Positions 1-10,297 are shown, numbered from the stretch's first letter. The stretch is DNA of 64,000 bases from Clostridia bacterium (GCA_050950825.1 JBMNIH010000004.1:128001-192000), one strand, 5' to 3'. Notes: a model not told the origin generated them from the letters alone. Translations and numbers: made by a program.

Positions 1-512
1 CGGCCATTCAAGAAACCGACAAAAAGTATGGCCGCATACTCTTCGGTATTGCCTTTAACCTATTGGAGAACCGTGAAGACAGCGAAGAAGTGGTTAACGA
101 TACCTATCAAAGAACGTGGAACGCCATTCCTCCCGAGAAACCGAAGTCGTTAGGGGCTTACCTTGGGAAGATTGCCAGGAATCTTTCCATCAACAGGTGG
201 CATGAAAAAAGGACCCAAAAACGCTTTCACGAGGCGGAAATGCTGCTGTCGGAATTAACGGACGTAATTCCCGATTCCGCAACGACGGAATCGAAAATGG
301 ACGAAAGAGAGCTGACGGACGGCATCAACCGCCTGTTAGGACGGCTTTCGAAGGAGGACAGGGTTTTATTTTTAAAAAGGTACTGGTACGGAGAATCGGT
401 AAAAGGATTGGCAAAAGAGTTCGATATTCCTCCTAAAAAGCTTGCAAGCCGATTGTATCGCCTTCGGCAATATTTGAAAAAAGCCTTGGAAGAGGAGGGC
501 ATTCGATTATGA
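1..512 (+). CDS. ECF-type RNA polymerase sigma-70 factor (5' truncated by window edge)
   Basis: Open frame from the window start (AIQETDKKYGRILFGIAFNLLENREDSEEVVNDTY); region 2 (AYLGKIARNLSINRW) and region 4 HTH (LSKEDRVLFLKRYWYGESVKGLAKEF...SRLYRLRQYLKKAL). Confidence 0.9.
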   Translation, partial: AIQETDKKYGRILFGIAFNLLENREDSEEVVNDTYQRTWNAIPPEKPKSLGAYLGKIARNLSINRWHEKRTQKRFHEAEMLLSELTDVIPDSATTESKMDERELTDGINRLLGRLSKEDRVLFLKRYWYGESVKGLAKEFDIPPKKLASRLYRLRQYLKKALEEEGIRL

Positions 513-1993
513 GGACCGGAAAAGAAGAAAGGATTTTCCGTGCTTTGACCGATATAAAGGATGAATATATTGAAGAGGCGGCGAAGACAAAGCCTGTAAA
601 AAGGACCGGAATGCGAAGATACATGAGGCCTTTAGCCGCTTGCTTGGCCGTTGTCCTCGGTATCGGCGGTATCCTGATGATGTCCGGCTTGCTTCCCTTC
701 GGGGGAAGCGGCGGAGGCTTTGGGCATGATGAAGGCGATACCTTCATGCATTACGAAGGACCCGTTTTGCCTTTGACGCTAATACAAGAGGATTCGGATA
801 TATCGGCGGAGCGTAATATCGTATATGATTTTTCCTTGCCGAGGGAGGACGGTTTACGTGTTCGGGATGTCCGTATCGAGGACCGCTATATTCTCACGAA
901 TGAATCCTATGAGAATAAAACCGTGGAGCTTCTGTATCCTTTTACGGGAAGCTTTCAAGAGCTGCAAGAGCAAATGCCGGTTGTATCCGTAGACGGAAAA
1001 ATCGTATCTTCCCGATTATCGGCGGGAGGCTATGGGGATGAGGGAGAAAAATTCTTTCGGCCGAGAGGCTTTGATGATTACCGATCTCTTTTGGAGGACG
1101 GAAGCTATCAAAAAAACGCCTTGTCTTCATACCCGCTTCCGGACCAAAGGGTGACCGTATATGCTTTTTCGGATTTCGAAGCACCGAGCGAGTATCCTGC
1201 GGCAACCTATGCCATATCCTTTACCGTTGACCCGAGCAAAACCGCCGTTTTGACCTACGGTTTTGAAGGCATGGAATTCAGGGAATCCGGTTTTCGAAGG
1301 TTCAGCTATTCCGTACCGAGAAAAGAGAACCCTTCTCATTATTCAAGAATAAAATACCTTATTGTTTTAGGAGAAGATATCGGTGATTACACCTTGAAAG
1401 GGTACAAGACGGGATCTTGCGAAGAAGACAACCTGCTTTTCGGTGTATCCGCAGCGGTAACAAGATCGGAAGAAGATCTGTCCCATGTATTAAAAGTGAT
1501 CCTCGACGATTATTTCCGGTCTTACGGTAACGGCGAGCTGCTTTCGGTGCCGCAGGATATGTTTTACGACGCCTTATCGGAATTTTTCATCCGCAGCGAT
1601 TTGTTATCGGCGCTTTATAACGGCAACTACAATTTCACGGCGATGGAGGACATCCTCATGGAAACAAAGGGGATGCAGCGTGTGTTTTATTTACGCTTTT
1701 CCGCGACGGTACAAGGAGGAGGCCGCGTAACGGTTACGGCGGATTATCGAAAAAAACCGAGCCACGATTATTCTTGCAGCCGCAAAAACAATGATATCCA
1801 AGGATACGATACGGCGACCCGATTAGGAAGCGGCCTTGCTTTCCGAAAGCTTACGGCGGAAATCGTAGAGAGCGAAAACATTGAAATTGTGCGCCAAAAC
1901 TTCGGATTTAATTTGGAAAAAGGACTGACGAAGACAGAGCTTGATCCGACCGTGGAGCGTTACTATTTGGAAATACGGCCGAAAGTTCCGTAA
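509..1993 (+). CDS. Putative membrane-anchored anti-sigma factor / hypothetical protein
   Basis: Overlaps the sigma stop (ATGA). N-terminal ALTDIKDEYIEEA motif typical of clostridial anti-ECF proteins, one TM helix (LAACLAVVLGIGGILMM), large extracellular domain. Confidence 0.65.
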   Translation: MRTGKEERIFRALTDIKDEYIEEAAKTKPVKRTGMRRYMRPLAACLAVVLGIGGILMMSGLLPFGGSGGGFGHDEGDTFMHYEGPVLPLTLIQEDSDISAERNIVYDFSLPREDGLRVRDVRIEDRYILTNESYENKTVELLYPFTGSFQELQEQMPVVSVDGKIVSSRLSAGGYGDEGEKFFRPRGFDDYRSLLEDGSYQKNALSSYPLPDQRVTVYAFSDFEAPSEYPAATYAISFTVDPSKTAVLTYGFEGMEFRESGFRRFSYSVPRKENPSHYSRIKYLIVLGEDIGDYTLKGYKTGSCEEDNLLFGVSAAVTRSEEDLSHVLKVILDDYFRSYGNGELLSVPQDMFYDALSEFFIRSDLLSALYNGNYNFTAMEDILMETKGMQRVFYLRFSATVQGGGRVTVTADYRKKPSHDYSCSRKNNDIQGYDTATRLGSGLAFRKLTAEIVESENIEIVRQNFGFNLEKGLTKTELDPTVERYYLEIRPKVP

Positions 1994-2003
1994 CCGTTGT
2001 TAT

Positions 2004-2128
2004 TTGACTTTATTCGGTAAATATTGTAGGGTAGAAAAAGGGTTTTGTTCTGACCCTCCTTGTTTCAATGCTATAAACCGAGTATATGCAGACCCGGTTG
2101 TCCCGTTAGGAGCCGGGTCTGTATTTTT
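2004..2128 (+). ncRNA. Candidate small RNA (promoter, about 90 nt body, terminator)
   Basis: TTGACT(2004)-N17-TAGGGT; 5' hairpin AGGGTT/GACCCT; CCCTCCTT anti-SD-like tract at 2054-2061; terminator at 2086-2128. Confidence 0.4.
2086..2128 (+). terminator. Rho-independent terminator
   Basis: ATGCAGACCCGG...CCGGGTCTGTAT stem followed by a T tract. Confidence 0.8.
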
Positions 2129-2234
2129 ATTGCCCAAATATCTGCACTATGCTATATAATGGTAGCAAAGGATTGCCGGATAAAAAGCTTCGGTTTTACC
2201 GACGGATCATAAAGCGGTAAGGAGGAAGGTAGCA

Positions 2235-4412
2235 ATGAATTGTATGGTTGACAAAAAACAAGACATCGTTATTGAAAACGAGGAGCTTCGTCTTGTCGTG
2301 GGCGAGGATTGTATCGTGAAAAGCCTGGTACATAAAGCGACGGGCGAAGAATGCTTGGTTACGGGTGAAGACATTCCGTTGTTTACGGTTACCCAAGAAA
2401 GACCCTTTAACAACGAGGTAAAGCTTGCCCATCCGAATAAAAGAACGACCTTTTGGGGGAACCGCCTTCGCCGGGAAGGGGACAAGCTTATCATCGGCTT
2501 TGAGATTACGCCCTACGAAGCCGTGGTGGCAATAAAGGAGCGGCCCCGGTATATCGGGTTTACCCTGTCCGACTTCATCGTTCATCCTACGGATTATCCC
2601 GGGCTACGAATGTCGCCGCCCCCGGTTGCGGAGTTTCGGCTTTTGCAGCTGCCTGTAAAAAACAGGGAACGCTTCGGCGAATGGCTGAACGTAAGCTGGG
2701 ATGACAAAGTGGCGGTAAACGTATTGGCTACGTCTCCTTATGCTCGAATCGAGGCGGAGCGACGTAAGGGCTATCGCGTCATGAGCGCCGATGCCGTAAG
2801 AGATGTGAAATTGAAGGGCGTAGGCGCCGCATTAATCGTCTGTGCTTCGGACAAATTGCTCGATGCCATAGCGGTCTTAGAAGAAGATTACGATCTTCCT
2901 CGAGGAGTCGAAAGCCGCCGAAGCGATATGATCAACCGATCCGCTTACTGGTCGGGCAACATCAACCCGAATAACGTGGACCTGCATATCGAGTATGCCA
3001 AAAAGGGCGGATTTAAGTGCATGCTGATGTACTACACATGCATATTCAAAGAAACGAGTACCTACCAATTGAACGGAAACTACGACTTTCGAGACGAATA
3101 TCCCAACGGCAAAGAAGACGTAAGAAAAATGCTGGATAAGATCAAAGCTGCAGGAATTACGCCCGGATTGCATTTCCTGCATACCCATATCGGCCTTTGC
3201 AGCCGTTACGTGACTCCCGTGGCAGATCATCGATTGAATATTCGAAGGACCTTTACGTTAGCAAAAGCCTTGGATAAAGACAGTACAACGGTATATGTGG
3301 AGCAAAATCCGGAAGGGACCGTTATGGCGGACCGCTGCCGTGTTTTGAAATTCGGCGGCGAGCTTATCACCTACGAAGGCTATACGACGGAGCCACCCTT
3401 TTACTTTTTCGGCTGCCAACGGGGAGCCTATTCTACCGTAGCACAGGAGCATCCTATGGGCTTGACAGGCGGAATTTTGGATATTAGCGAATTCGGTGCA
3501 GGCAGTGTGTACTTGGACCAAAATTCAAGCTTGCAAGATGAGATTGCCGATAAAATCGCCGACGTATTCAACGTGGGATTCCGGTTCGTTTACTTCGACG
3601 GCTCGGAAGGAACCAACGCTCCCTACGAATTCCATGTGCCCAATGCCCAGTACAGGGTATATAAAAAGCTGAAGCCTGCTCCCTTGTATACGGAAGGGGC
3701 CGCCAAGGCTCATTTCAGCTGGCATTTTTTAAGCGGAGGCAATGCTTTCGATGTTTTCCCGCCTGAAGTGTTCAAAGAAAAGATCGCCCAATATCCTTGC
3801 GAGGAAGCACCTCGTATGCGTCAAGATTTTACAAGGTTGAACTTCGGGTGGTGGTACTTTTGGTCCCCGGAAACACAGGCGGATATGTACGAATACGGAA
3901 CGAGCCGTGCGGCGGCTTGGGATTGCCCGGTTACCATGATGGAAAGAATCGATCGGTTTCAAACCCACCCTCGTATCGATGACATTTTTGAAGTCTTAAG
4001 GCGCTGGGAAGACGTTCGAGCGAAAAAATGGCTTACGGAAGAGCAAAAGAAAGAGCTTCGTAAGCTTGACCAAGAGCATATCCTGCTGATCAATGAGAAG
4101 AAGGAATACGAGCTGGTTCCCTATGATCGAATCGAGAACGCGGCAGGAGGAAGCAAAGACATTATTGCCTATATCTTCGAAAGAAACGAGGAACGGTTTG
4201 TCGTTTACTGGCATTCAAGGGGAAGCGGAAATTTAGAGCTTCCGCTGGACGGAAAGTGCGTGACATTGGAAAAAGAACTCGGAGACGAGCCGATACCTAT
4301 TACCGTTAAGGAGGGCGCTATTGTCATTCCTGCCGACAACCGCCGCTACTTAAGAAGCCGTTTGTCAAAAGAAGAGCTGATCGAAGCATTTAATAAAGCG
4401 AAGCTTGTATAA
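2235..4412 (+). CDS. Uncharacterised 725-aa protein, possibly glycoside hydrolase-like TIM barrel
   Basis: Long ORF with AGGAGG RBS; no signal peptide; GH27/36-like features (YPNGKEDVRKMLDKIKAAGITPGLH, FVYFDG). Confidence 0.55.
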   Translation: MNCMVDKKQDIVIENEELRLVVGEDCIVKSLVHKATGEECLVTGEDIPLFTVTQERPFNNEVKLAHPNKRTTFWGNRLRREGDKLIIGFEITPYEAVVAIKERPRYIGFTLSDFIVHPTDYPGLRMSPPPVAEFRLLQLPVKNRERFGEWLNVSWDDKVAVNVLATSPYARIEAERRKGYRVMSADAVRDVKLKGVGAALIVCASDKLLDAIAVLEEDYDLPRGVESRRSDMINRSAYWSGNINPNNVDLHIEYAKKGGFKCMLMYYTCIFKETSTYQLNGNYDFRDEYPNGKEDVRKMLDKIKAAGITPGLHFLHTHIGLCSRYVTPVADHRLNIRRTFTLAKALDKDSTTVYVEQNPEGTVMADRCRVLKFGGELITYEGYTTEPPFYFFGCQRGAYSTVAQEHPMGLTGGILDISEFGAGSVYLDQNSSLQDEIADKIADVFNVGFRFVYFDGSEGTNAPYEFHVPNAQYRVYKKLKPAPLYTEGAAKAHFSWHFLSGGNAFDVFPPEVFKEKIAQYPCEEAPRMRQDFTRLNFGWWYFWSPETQADMYEYGTSRAAAWDCPVTMMERIDRFQTHPRIDDIFEVLRRWEDVRAKKWLTEEQKKELRKLDQEHILLINEKKEYELVPYDRIENAAGGSKDIIAYIFERNEERFVVYWHSRGSGNLELPLDGKCVTLEKELGDEPIPITVKEGAIVIPADNRRYLRSRLSKEELIEAFNKAKLV

Positions 4413-4418
4413 AGTCAA

Positions 4419-4449
4419 AAAACAGGCACCGAAGTCTCGGTGCCTGTTT
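4419..4449. terminator. Bidirectional terminator
   Basis: AAACAGGCACCGA-AGTC-TCGGTGCCTGTTT hairpin between convergent genes. Confidence 0.85.
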
Positions 4450-4479
4450 CTAAAACACTATCGTTTCATTCGTTTACTC

Positions 4480-5229
4480 TTATTCGACCTTTTCTTTGTA
4501 AAAAAGGCGGGCGGTATTTTTCCACATAATCATTTCCTTTTCTTCTTCGGAAATGTTCGCTTCCCAAACCTGTCCTTCGCTTACCAAATAGGAGCCCGGC
4601 ATATCGGTTCCGAATAGAATCCTTTTTGCGCCGACAAGCTCTACGGCGTATTCCAAGTCGTCGGCTCGAAAAACCGAACCGCAAAAGTCAATGTAGACGT
4701 TTTCGCAGTCCAATACCGGTTTAACGCCGTAATAGCAGTTCCCGGCTATATGAGCCATGATGAAGGTCCCTTCCGGATATCTTTTGGCAATGTTGGCCAC
4801 GCGCTCCGGTGTGGATTCGCATGCTCTTTGCCCGACGGTTTTTCGCCATGCATGGAGCAGGATGGGAATATCGTAGTCGATGCATTTTTCAATGAACCTA
4901 TAATTCAAAGGATCGTCGCAAAAGGTGGCAATCCAAAGCTTCATTCCGATCATTCCGCCGTCTTCCACGCATCTTTGCAAGGTGTCCATACAAGCGTCGT
5001 AGCGGGGGTTTACATGGCATAAGCCCTCCACGTAATCCGGGTACCGCTTCATAAATTTCAGTACGTAATCATTGATTCGGTTCACATCCTCAAGGTCGGG
5101 GAAATCTCCGGCCAGCCCGGATACGAATATCTTGTCGATACCGTAAAGCTCACCGGCTTTCACCATGGCCTCCATGTTCCGTTCTTCCTTCCCTTTCCAT
5201 ATGTGAACGTGCATGTCGTACTTTTTCAT
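4480..5229 (-). CDS. Amidohydrolase family protein (Amidohydro_2)
   Basis: DMHVH metal motif, PILLH, IMAHI, RILFGTDMP. Confidence 0.9.
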   Translation of the reverse strand: MKKYDMHVHIWKGKEERNMEAMVKAGELYGIDKIFVSGLAGDFPDLEDVNRINDYVLKFMKRYPDYVEGLCHVNPRYDACMDTLQRCVEDGGMIGMKLWIATFCDDPLNYRFIEKCIDYDIPILLHAWRKTVGQRACESTPERVANIAKRYPEGTFIMAHIAGNCYYGVKPVLDCENVYIDFCGSVFRADDLEYAVELVGAKRILFGTDMPGSYLVSEGQVWEANISEEEKEMIMWKNTARLFYKEKVE

Positions 5230-5250
5230 TAATGGAACACCTCGTCCGCT

Positions 5251-6483
5251 TTACAGGGAAGCGGCAACCTCGGCGATGGCTTTATCCATTCTTTCAAGGG
5301 TTTCCTCGATGTCCTCGTCCTTATGAGAGTAGTTTACATAAGACGTTGAATACAAGGATACGCCGTGCTTGAACGCCGCTCTTAATATTCTTGAAGTCAA
5401 ATCCTTCGGAGCGCCTTCCGTGCTTACGAAGGTAGGACAAGGCCAAAATCCTTTGACTTGGCAAGGCACGTTGTATTTTTCAAATATCTTGTTCACCGAT
5501 GTCCACAGCTTTTCGCCGACCTTCCATAAGTATGCCGTTACGTTTTCCTTGCGGTAAAGCTCTACAACCGCCTTGCATACCGCCAAGGACAAGGTTTCGC
5601 CTCCGTTGGTGGAAGAGACCACGGCGCCTTGGGACATGACATCCATGATTTCCGCTTTGCCGCAGAATACGGATAAAGGCATACCGTTGGCCATTCCTTT
5701 TGCAAATACGGATAAATCCGGAACGACGTTGAAATATTCTTGGGCGCCGGCCGTGGCGATACGGAATCCGGTGACGATTTCGTCGTAGATCAAAAGCGCG
5801 CCGTTCTTTTGGGTGATTTCGCGCAAGAAAGGATAGAACGTAGCTCCGATTTCCATGTTGGCGTATCCTGCCGCTACGATGACGGCGGCGATTTTGCCTT
5901 CATAGACGGAAAACAGCTTTTCGACGGTAGCCGTATCTCCCCAGCCTACCGAATGGAACAGCTCGCTTACGGGAAGAGGAATTCCTTTCGGAGCACCCTT
6001 GGCTTCTTCTCTCGGGTTCAGCCTTGCACCGGCGGCGACGGTATTCAGCCAGCCGTTGTATCCGATTTGGATAATGCGATCTTTTCCGGTGTAAGCTCTG
6101 GCAATTTTTATACAAGCGGCACAGGCTTCTCCGCCGGTCTTCAAAAAGCGCACCTTTTCGGCACTCGGAATCACTTCGCAAAGAAGCTCGGCTACTTCCG
6201 CTTCAAGATAATGGGGTTGGCTAAAAACGATACCGTTTTTCAATTGCTCCATAATGGCTTGGTCCGTAACCGGGTGGCAGTAGCCTAAGGTTATGGGGCC
6301 GAGTCCGTTTTTGTAGTCGATGTATTCTTTGCCGTTGGCATCCCATATTCTGCAGCCTTTGCCTTTTACGGCTACCGTGGGTTCTTCCGGAAGCAAAAAT
6401 GCTTTCTTGGATCCGGTGCTGGAACCGCCGGATACGTATTTTTCCAGTTTTTCATACCATTGCTCGTTATTCATATTGATCAT
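5251..6483 (-). CDS. Class-III PLP aminotransferase (GSA-aminomutase-like)
   Basis: GKGCRIWDANGKEYID, GPITLGY, FLKTGGEA, LIYDEIVTGFR, PDLSVFAKGMANG (PLP lysine). Confidence 0.9.
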   Translation of the reverse strand: MINMNNEQWYEKLEKYVSGGSSTGSKKAFLLPEEPTVAVKGKGCRIWDANGKEYIDYKNGLGPITLGYCHPVTDQAIMEQLKNGIVFSQPHYLEAEVAELLCEVIPSAEKVRFLKTGGEACAACIKIARAYTGKDRIIQIGYNGWLNTVAAGARLNPREEAKGAPKGIPLPVSELFHSVGWGDTATVEKLFSVYEGKIAAVIVAAGYANMEIGATFYPFLREITQKNGALLIYDEIVTGFRIATAGAQEYFNVVPDLSVFAKGMANGMPLSVFCGKAEIMDVMSQGAVVSSTNGGETLSLAVCKAVVELYRKENVTAYLWKVGEKLWTSVNKIFEKYNVPCQVKGFWPCPTFVSTEGAPKDLTSRILRAAFKHGVSLYSTSYVNYSHKDEDIEETLERMDKAIAEVAASL

Positions 6484-6553
6484 GATAACCCTCCGTTTTG
6501 CTTTCTTGATTATTCGTTTTCATATTATATAAATGATGTCTCATTCTTTTCCC

Positions 6554-7501
6554 TTATTTTTCAACATGAGCGGCTTGAAAAGCCAAGGCTCGATCGAAGT
6601 ACTCATCCAAAAGCTCAATTTTGTATTCTTCGATAATATCTTCTATGGTGAATTCGTCGGTTTCCGATGTCAACAGCACGGCTCCCAAATAGCCCGGATC
6701 CAGCATCTTGATCTTGCTTCCGTACTTGGATATCGCCTTTTTTATTTTCTCTTGGTTGTAGGCCAAATGAACCACCTTGTAATCCAAGTTAATGTCATGG
6801 GTGACGTATCCGAAATAGTTGGTGGACTTTGCAATCGTTTGACCTACCGGATTAATCACGGTGTTTTCCAAGTCGATAATGGAGCCGATGAAATAGGAGC
6901 GAAGCCGGTAGGCTCGATAGTTTTGCATCAGGCCGCCGTGGTACGCAGAGGAGAATAGGATAATGTCCGGGCTTTGGGGCTTGTATTTTTCCCAAAGAGG
7001 ATCGAAGTTTAAATCAAAGCAAATGGCGCAGGCCACCTTCCCGAAATCACAGGAGATGACCTTGGCATCTTTTCCCGGAAGGATGTTGTCCTCTTCCGTT
7101 TCCCCGATGGTAGGATGGTTTTTGTTATATATTCCTACGATTTCACCGCGGGGGTTGATGATCTGCGTGGAATTCCGAAAGGTACCGTCGTCCATTTTTC
7201 TTACCGCGGAATAGGCGATATGGCAGGAATTCTTGTAGGCTTTTTCCATGAAAAAGTCACGGACTCGATTTCCCCTTACCTCATAATACTCGTGACGTCG
7301 GGGTACGGGGTAATTGTAGTATTGGTCGCAGATTTCCGGAAGCACGATTAAGTTCGGCTCATTCGGCAAAACGTTTTGCAGCAATCGATTCCAGCTGTCG
7401 ATCATACGATCGGTTTCAAGCTTTAAATCCTTGTTTAAATCTCCGGCATAATTGACGCCGCCTCTTACCGACAAGGAACTGACCCTAATATATCTTGCCA
7501 T
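6554..7501 (-). CDS. Carbon-nitrogen hydrolase (nitrilase superfamily)
   Basis: Catalytic triad motifs LIVLPE, YNKNH, ICFDLNF. Confidence 0.9.
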   Translation of the reverse strand: MARYIRVSSLSVRGGVNYAGDLNKDLKLETDRMIDSWNRLLQNVLPNEPNLIVLPEICDQYYNYPVPRRHEYYEVRGNRVRDFFMEKAYKNSCHIAYSAVRKMDDGTFRNSTQIINPRGEIVGIYNKNHPTIGETEEDNILPGKDAKVISCDFGKVACAICFDLNFDPLWEKYKPQSPDIILFSSAYHGGLMQNYRAYRLRSYFIGSIIDLENTVINPVGQTIAKSTNYFGYVTHDINLDYKVVHLAYNQEKIKKAISKYGSKIKMLDPGYLGAVLLTSETDEFTIEDIIEEYKIELLDEYFDRALAFQAAHVEK

Positions 7502-7570
7502 GGACAGATCTCCTTTCTCATCCGAATCACGGTTTCATCATCTTTATCGATTCGGATAGAAGATATGCAT

Positions 7571-8628
7571 CTATATCTTACCATCAAATTTCGATTTATA
7601 CAGGTCAAAATGAATATATTGTGAAATAGACAAAGTATTTCGTTGAAAAAGTATAGAAACAAAGAAATAATATTCTTCGGCGGATACCGGGCTCAGTCGA
7701 TACTTGTCCGCTTGGGCATGATACATGGCCGCATATTTTCCGTTTAAAGCCATAAGCTCCTCGTGGATTCCTTGTTCAACGATTCTGCCCGATTCGAACA
7801 TATAGATTTCATCGACGAACCGAGTGGTGGAAAGCCTGTGGGAAATAAAGATCACCGTTTTGTCCGCGGCGTATTCAAAGATGTTTTTATTCACCTCGTA
7901 TTCCGCTATGGGGTCTCAGGCTGTCGACAATATCGATTCCGATAATTTTTTAAGATATTTCTTCGACAGGGATATGATTTGGTTGTAGCTCTCTTCGTGA
8001 TTATGCAGCATCACCTTCTTTACATTCGTAATCTTCAAAGACTCTCTTTACGTAATCCGCCCTGTGGTGGTGGTAGGTCGTTTCTTTATCCGGATCGTAA
8101 TACAACCGGTTTCTCTTTTTGCCCAAATAGAACATGTTGAACAAGGGGATGAGGGAAAAGATCAAAACGTAAGGATCGATGGAAAGAATAATCAGCAAAG
8201 TGTAAATGGCCGCGGCGATGCTTCCTATTAACCCGGATATATTTTGAATCACGTCGTTGGTCCTTGTTTTCGTCTCCTCCAAGGCTCGGGTATACGAATC
8301 GTAAAAGTTTGGCCGGTCATACTTTTCAAGCTCCACCTCCGCCGCTTTATCAATAACCCGGCCGTATATGTACCCGAATATTTTCGGCTCCGCTTGTGCA
8401 TGTAATAATAGTTGTGAAAGGCGGATACGGCATGAAGGGTAATGTGCCCCAAGCAACCGAATGTGACCATGATGAACACATTTTTAAAGGGGAGATTCTG
8501 CTCGATGCAGGTGTATATGTATTTGATCATGTAAATGAAAAAGAATACATAGAACACCCTTGAAAATACCGATAAACCGATTTCTACAAAAATATGAAAG
8601 GGGATTGCTTTCGATTCTTATCTGTCAT
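7571..8628 (-). pseudogene. Degraded ABC exporter (fused TMD+NBD) remnant
   Basis: Start MTDKNR after AAGGTG; frameshifted TMD fragments (KAAEVELEKYDRPNFYDSYTRA); jump to a broken D-loop (TA*DPIAEYEVNK) and ISHRLST...GRIVEQG.HEELMALNGKYAAMY; no Walker A or signature motif. Confidence 0.85.
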
Positions 8629-8860
8629 TGCCACACCTTATTATACATATATTTTAATTTAGGAAACATATTACAATATGCTAATTATAGCAGTAAGATG
8701 TAAAGAAAGATTAATTATATTAATAAAGTAACATATTTATCATTTTCCCTCTAAAAATGGATATAAAGAATATTCGGCAGCGATAAGCCGAAAGCTCCGT
8801 AAATCCGGTATAATGTTGAAAAGATAGTAGGATCCGTTCCGGAGCGAACGAGATCAAAAG

Positions 8861-10258
8861 GTGGTGACGTTCTTGTCAGACAAACCGAACATTATTCTCA
8901 TCAATTGCGACGATTTAGGATACGGAGACTTAGGCTGCTACGGATCCGTTGTCAACAAAACCCCACATATCGATTCCTTAGCGGAAGAAGGCATCCTGTT
9001 TACCGACTTTTATTCCGCGTCCCCGGTCTGCTCTCCTTCTCGAGGAGCGCTGATGACCGGATGCTACCCTAAAAGGATCGGATTCGAAGACTTTGACGGC
9101 GGTGTCGTCTTGTTTCCCGGGCACGGGATCGGGCTCAACCCGACGGAATTTACGATTCCGAAGATGCTGAGGCAAATCGGGTATACGTCCATGATTATCG
9201 GCAAATGGCACTGCGGCGATCAAGAAGAATTCTTGCCCCTCCAATACGGGTTTGATCGCTATTACGGCTTGCCCTACAGCAACGACATGGGCAGGCAAAA
9301 AAGAACATTCGGAACACAGGAAGAGCTTGACAAACGTTATCCGCCCCTTCCTCTTTTGTACAACGACAAGGTGATTCAAGAGCAGCCGGACCAAGCGGCT
9401 TTGATCGAACGGTATGTCGAACATGCCGTTATGTTTATCAGGGAAAACAAGGAGAATCCCTTTTTCCTGTACTTTGCTCCCTTGCAGGTCCATCTTCCTT
9501 TGTATGCTCCGAAGCGTTTCTTAGACGAGTCCGTAAACGGCGATTACGGCGCTTGTGTTGCCGCCGTGGACTGGGCCTTAGGAGCGTTGGTCCACGAGCT
9601 GAAGGCGCATGGACTTTACGAAAACACCCTTTTGGTTTTTACATCGGATAACGGTGCTCGCGGGGATTACGGCGGGTCTAACGGGCCCTTGCGAGGTCGC
9701 AAAGGCAACACCTACGAAGGGGGAATGCGGGTTCCCTGTATTATGACCTGGAAAAACAAGATCAAGGGCGGCCGAAAATGCTCCCGGATCGCATCGAATA
9801 TCGATTTTCTTGCAACCTTTGCATCCCTATGCGGCGGAGAGCTGCCGGAGGATCGGATTATTGACAGTACGGATTTGACGCCTTTATTGTTTGATACGAA
9901 AGCGAAGGATTTCATGAGGCAATCCATGCCGTATTATTCGCGCGGCAGCTTGGAAGCGGTGAGAGTAGGGAAGTGGAAGCTGCATTTTCGTAAAGGCGAA
10001 AGCATCATAAACGAGCTTTACAATTTGGAAGAAGATATGGGTGAAAAGAACAATTGCTACGACCGATACCCGGATGTCGTGGAACGTCTGCGGTCCTTTG
10101 CAGGGAAATGCATCAAGGATTTAGGAGATGCGGCAAGCGGTATTCCGGGAGAAAACGTTCGTGAAATCGGCAGGGTACCGAATCCGAAAATGCTGACGAC
10201 ATACGACCCGAACCACCCGTACATCATTGCTTTGTATGACAAAACGGAAACCGGCTAA
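8861..10258 (+). CDS. Cys-type sulfatase (arylsulfatase A family)
   Basis: PNIILINCDDLGYGD, CSPSR (CxPxR) ALMTG, GKWHCG, FTSDNG, KGNTYEGGMRVP. Confidence 0.95.
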   Translation: MVTFLSDKPNIILINCDDLGYGDLGCYGSVVNKTPHIDSLAEEGILFTDFYSASPVCSPSRGALMTGCYPKRIGFEDFDGGVVLFPGHGIGLNPTEFTIPKMLRQIGYTSMIIGKWHCGDQEEFLPLQYGFDRYYGLPYSNDMGRQKRTFGTQEELDKRYPPLPLLYNDKVIQEQPDQAALIERYVEHAVMFIRENKENPFFLYFAPLQVHLPLYAPKRFLDESVNGDYGACVAAVDWALGALVHELKAHGLYENTLLVFTSDNGARGDYGGSNGPLRGRKGNTYEGGMRVPCIMTWKNKIKGGRKCSRIASNIDFLATFASLCGGELPEDRIIDSTDLTPLLFDTKAKDFMRQSMPYYSRGSLEAVRVGKWKLHFRKGESIINELYNLEEDMGEKNNCYDRYPDVVERLRSFAGKCIKDLGDAASGIPGENVREIGRVPNPKMLTTYDPNHPYIIALYDKTETG

Positions 10259-10297
10259 CGGAATACGAGCAATACCGAAAGAAAAGGAGAGGAAAAG

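Noticed and set aside
5251-6483. Calling the class-III aminotransferase hemL
   Set aside because: Lacks the HemL PGGVNSPVR and GCYHGH motifs and has no tetrapyrrole context.
7645-7659. 15-bp match GAAAAAGTATAGAAA to the reverse complement of 54813-54827 (similar tract near 48680)
   Set aside because: Low-complexity AT-rich sequence with inconsistent position relative to the promoters; chance cannot be excluded.
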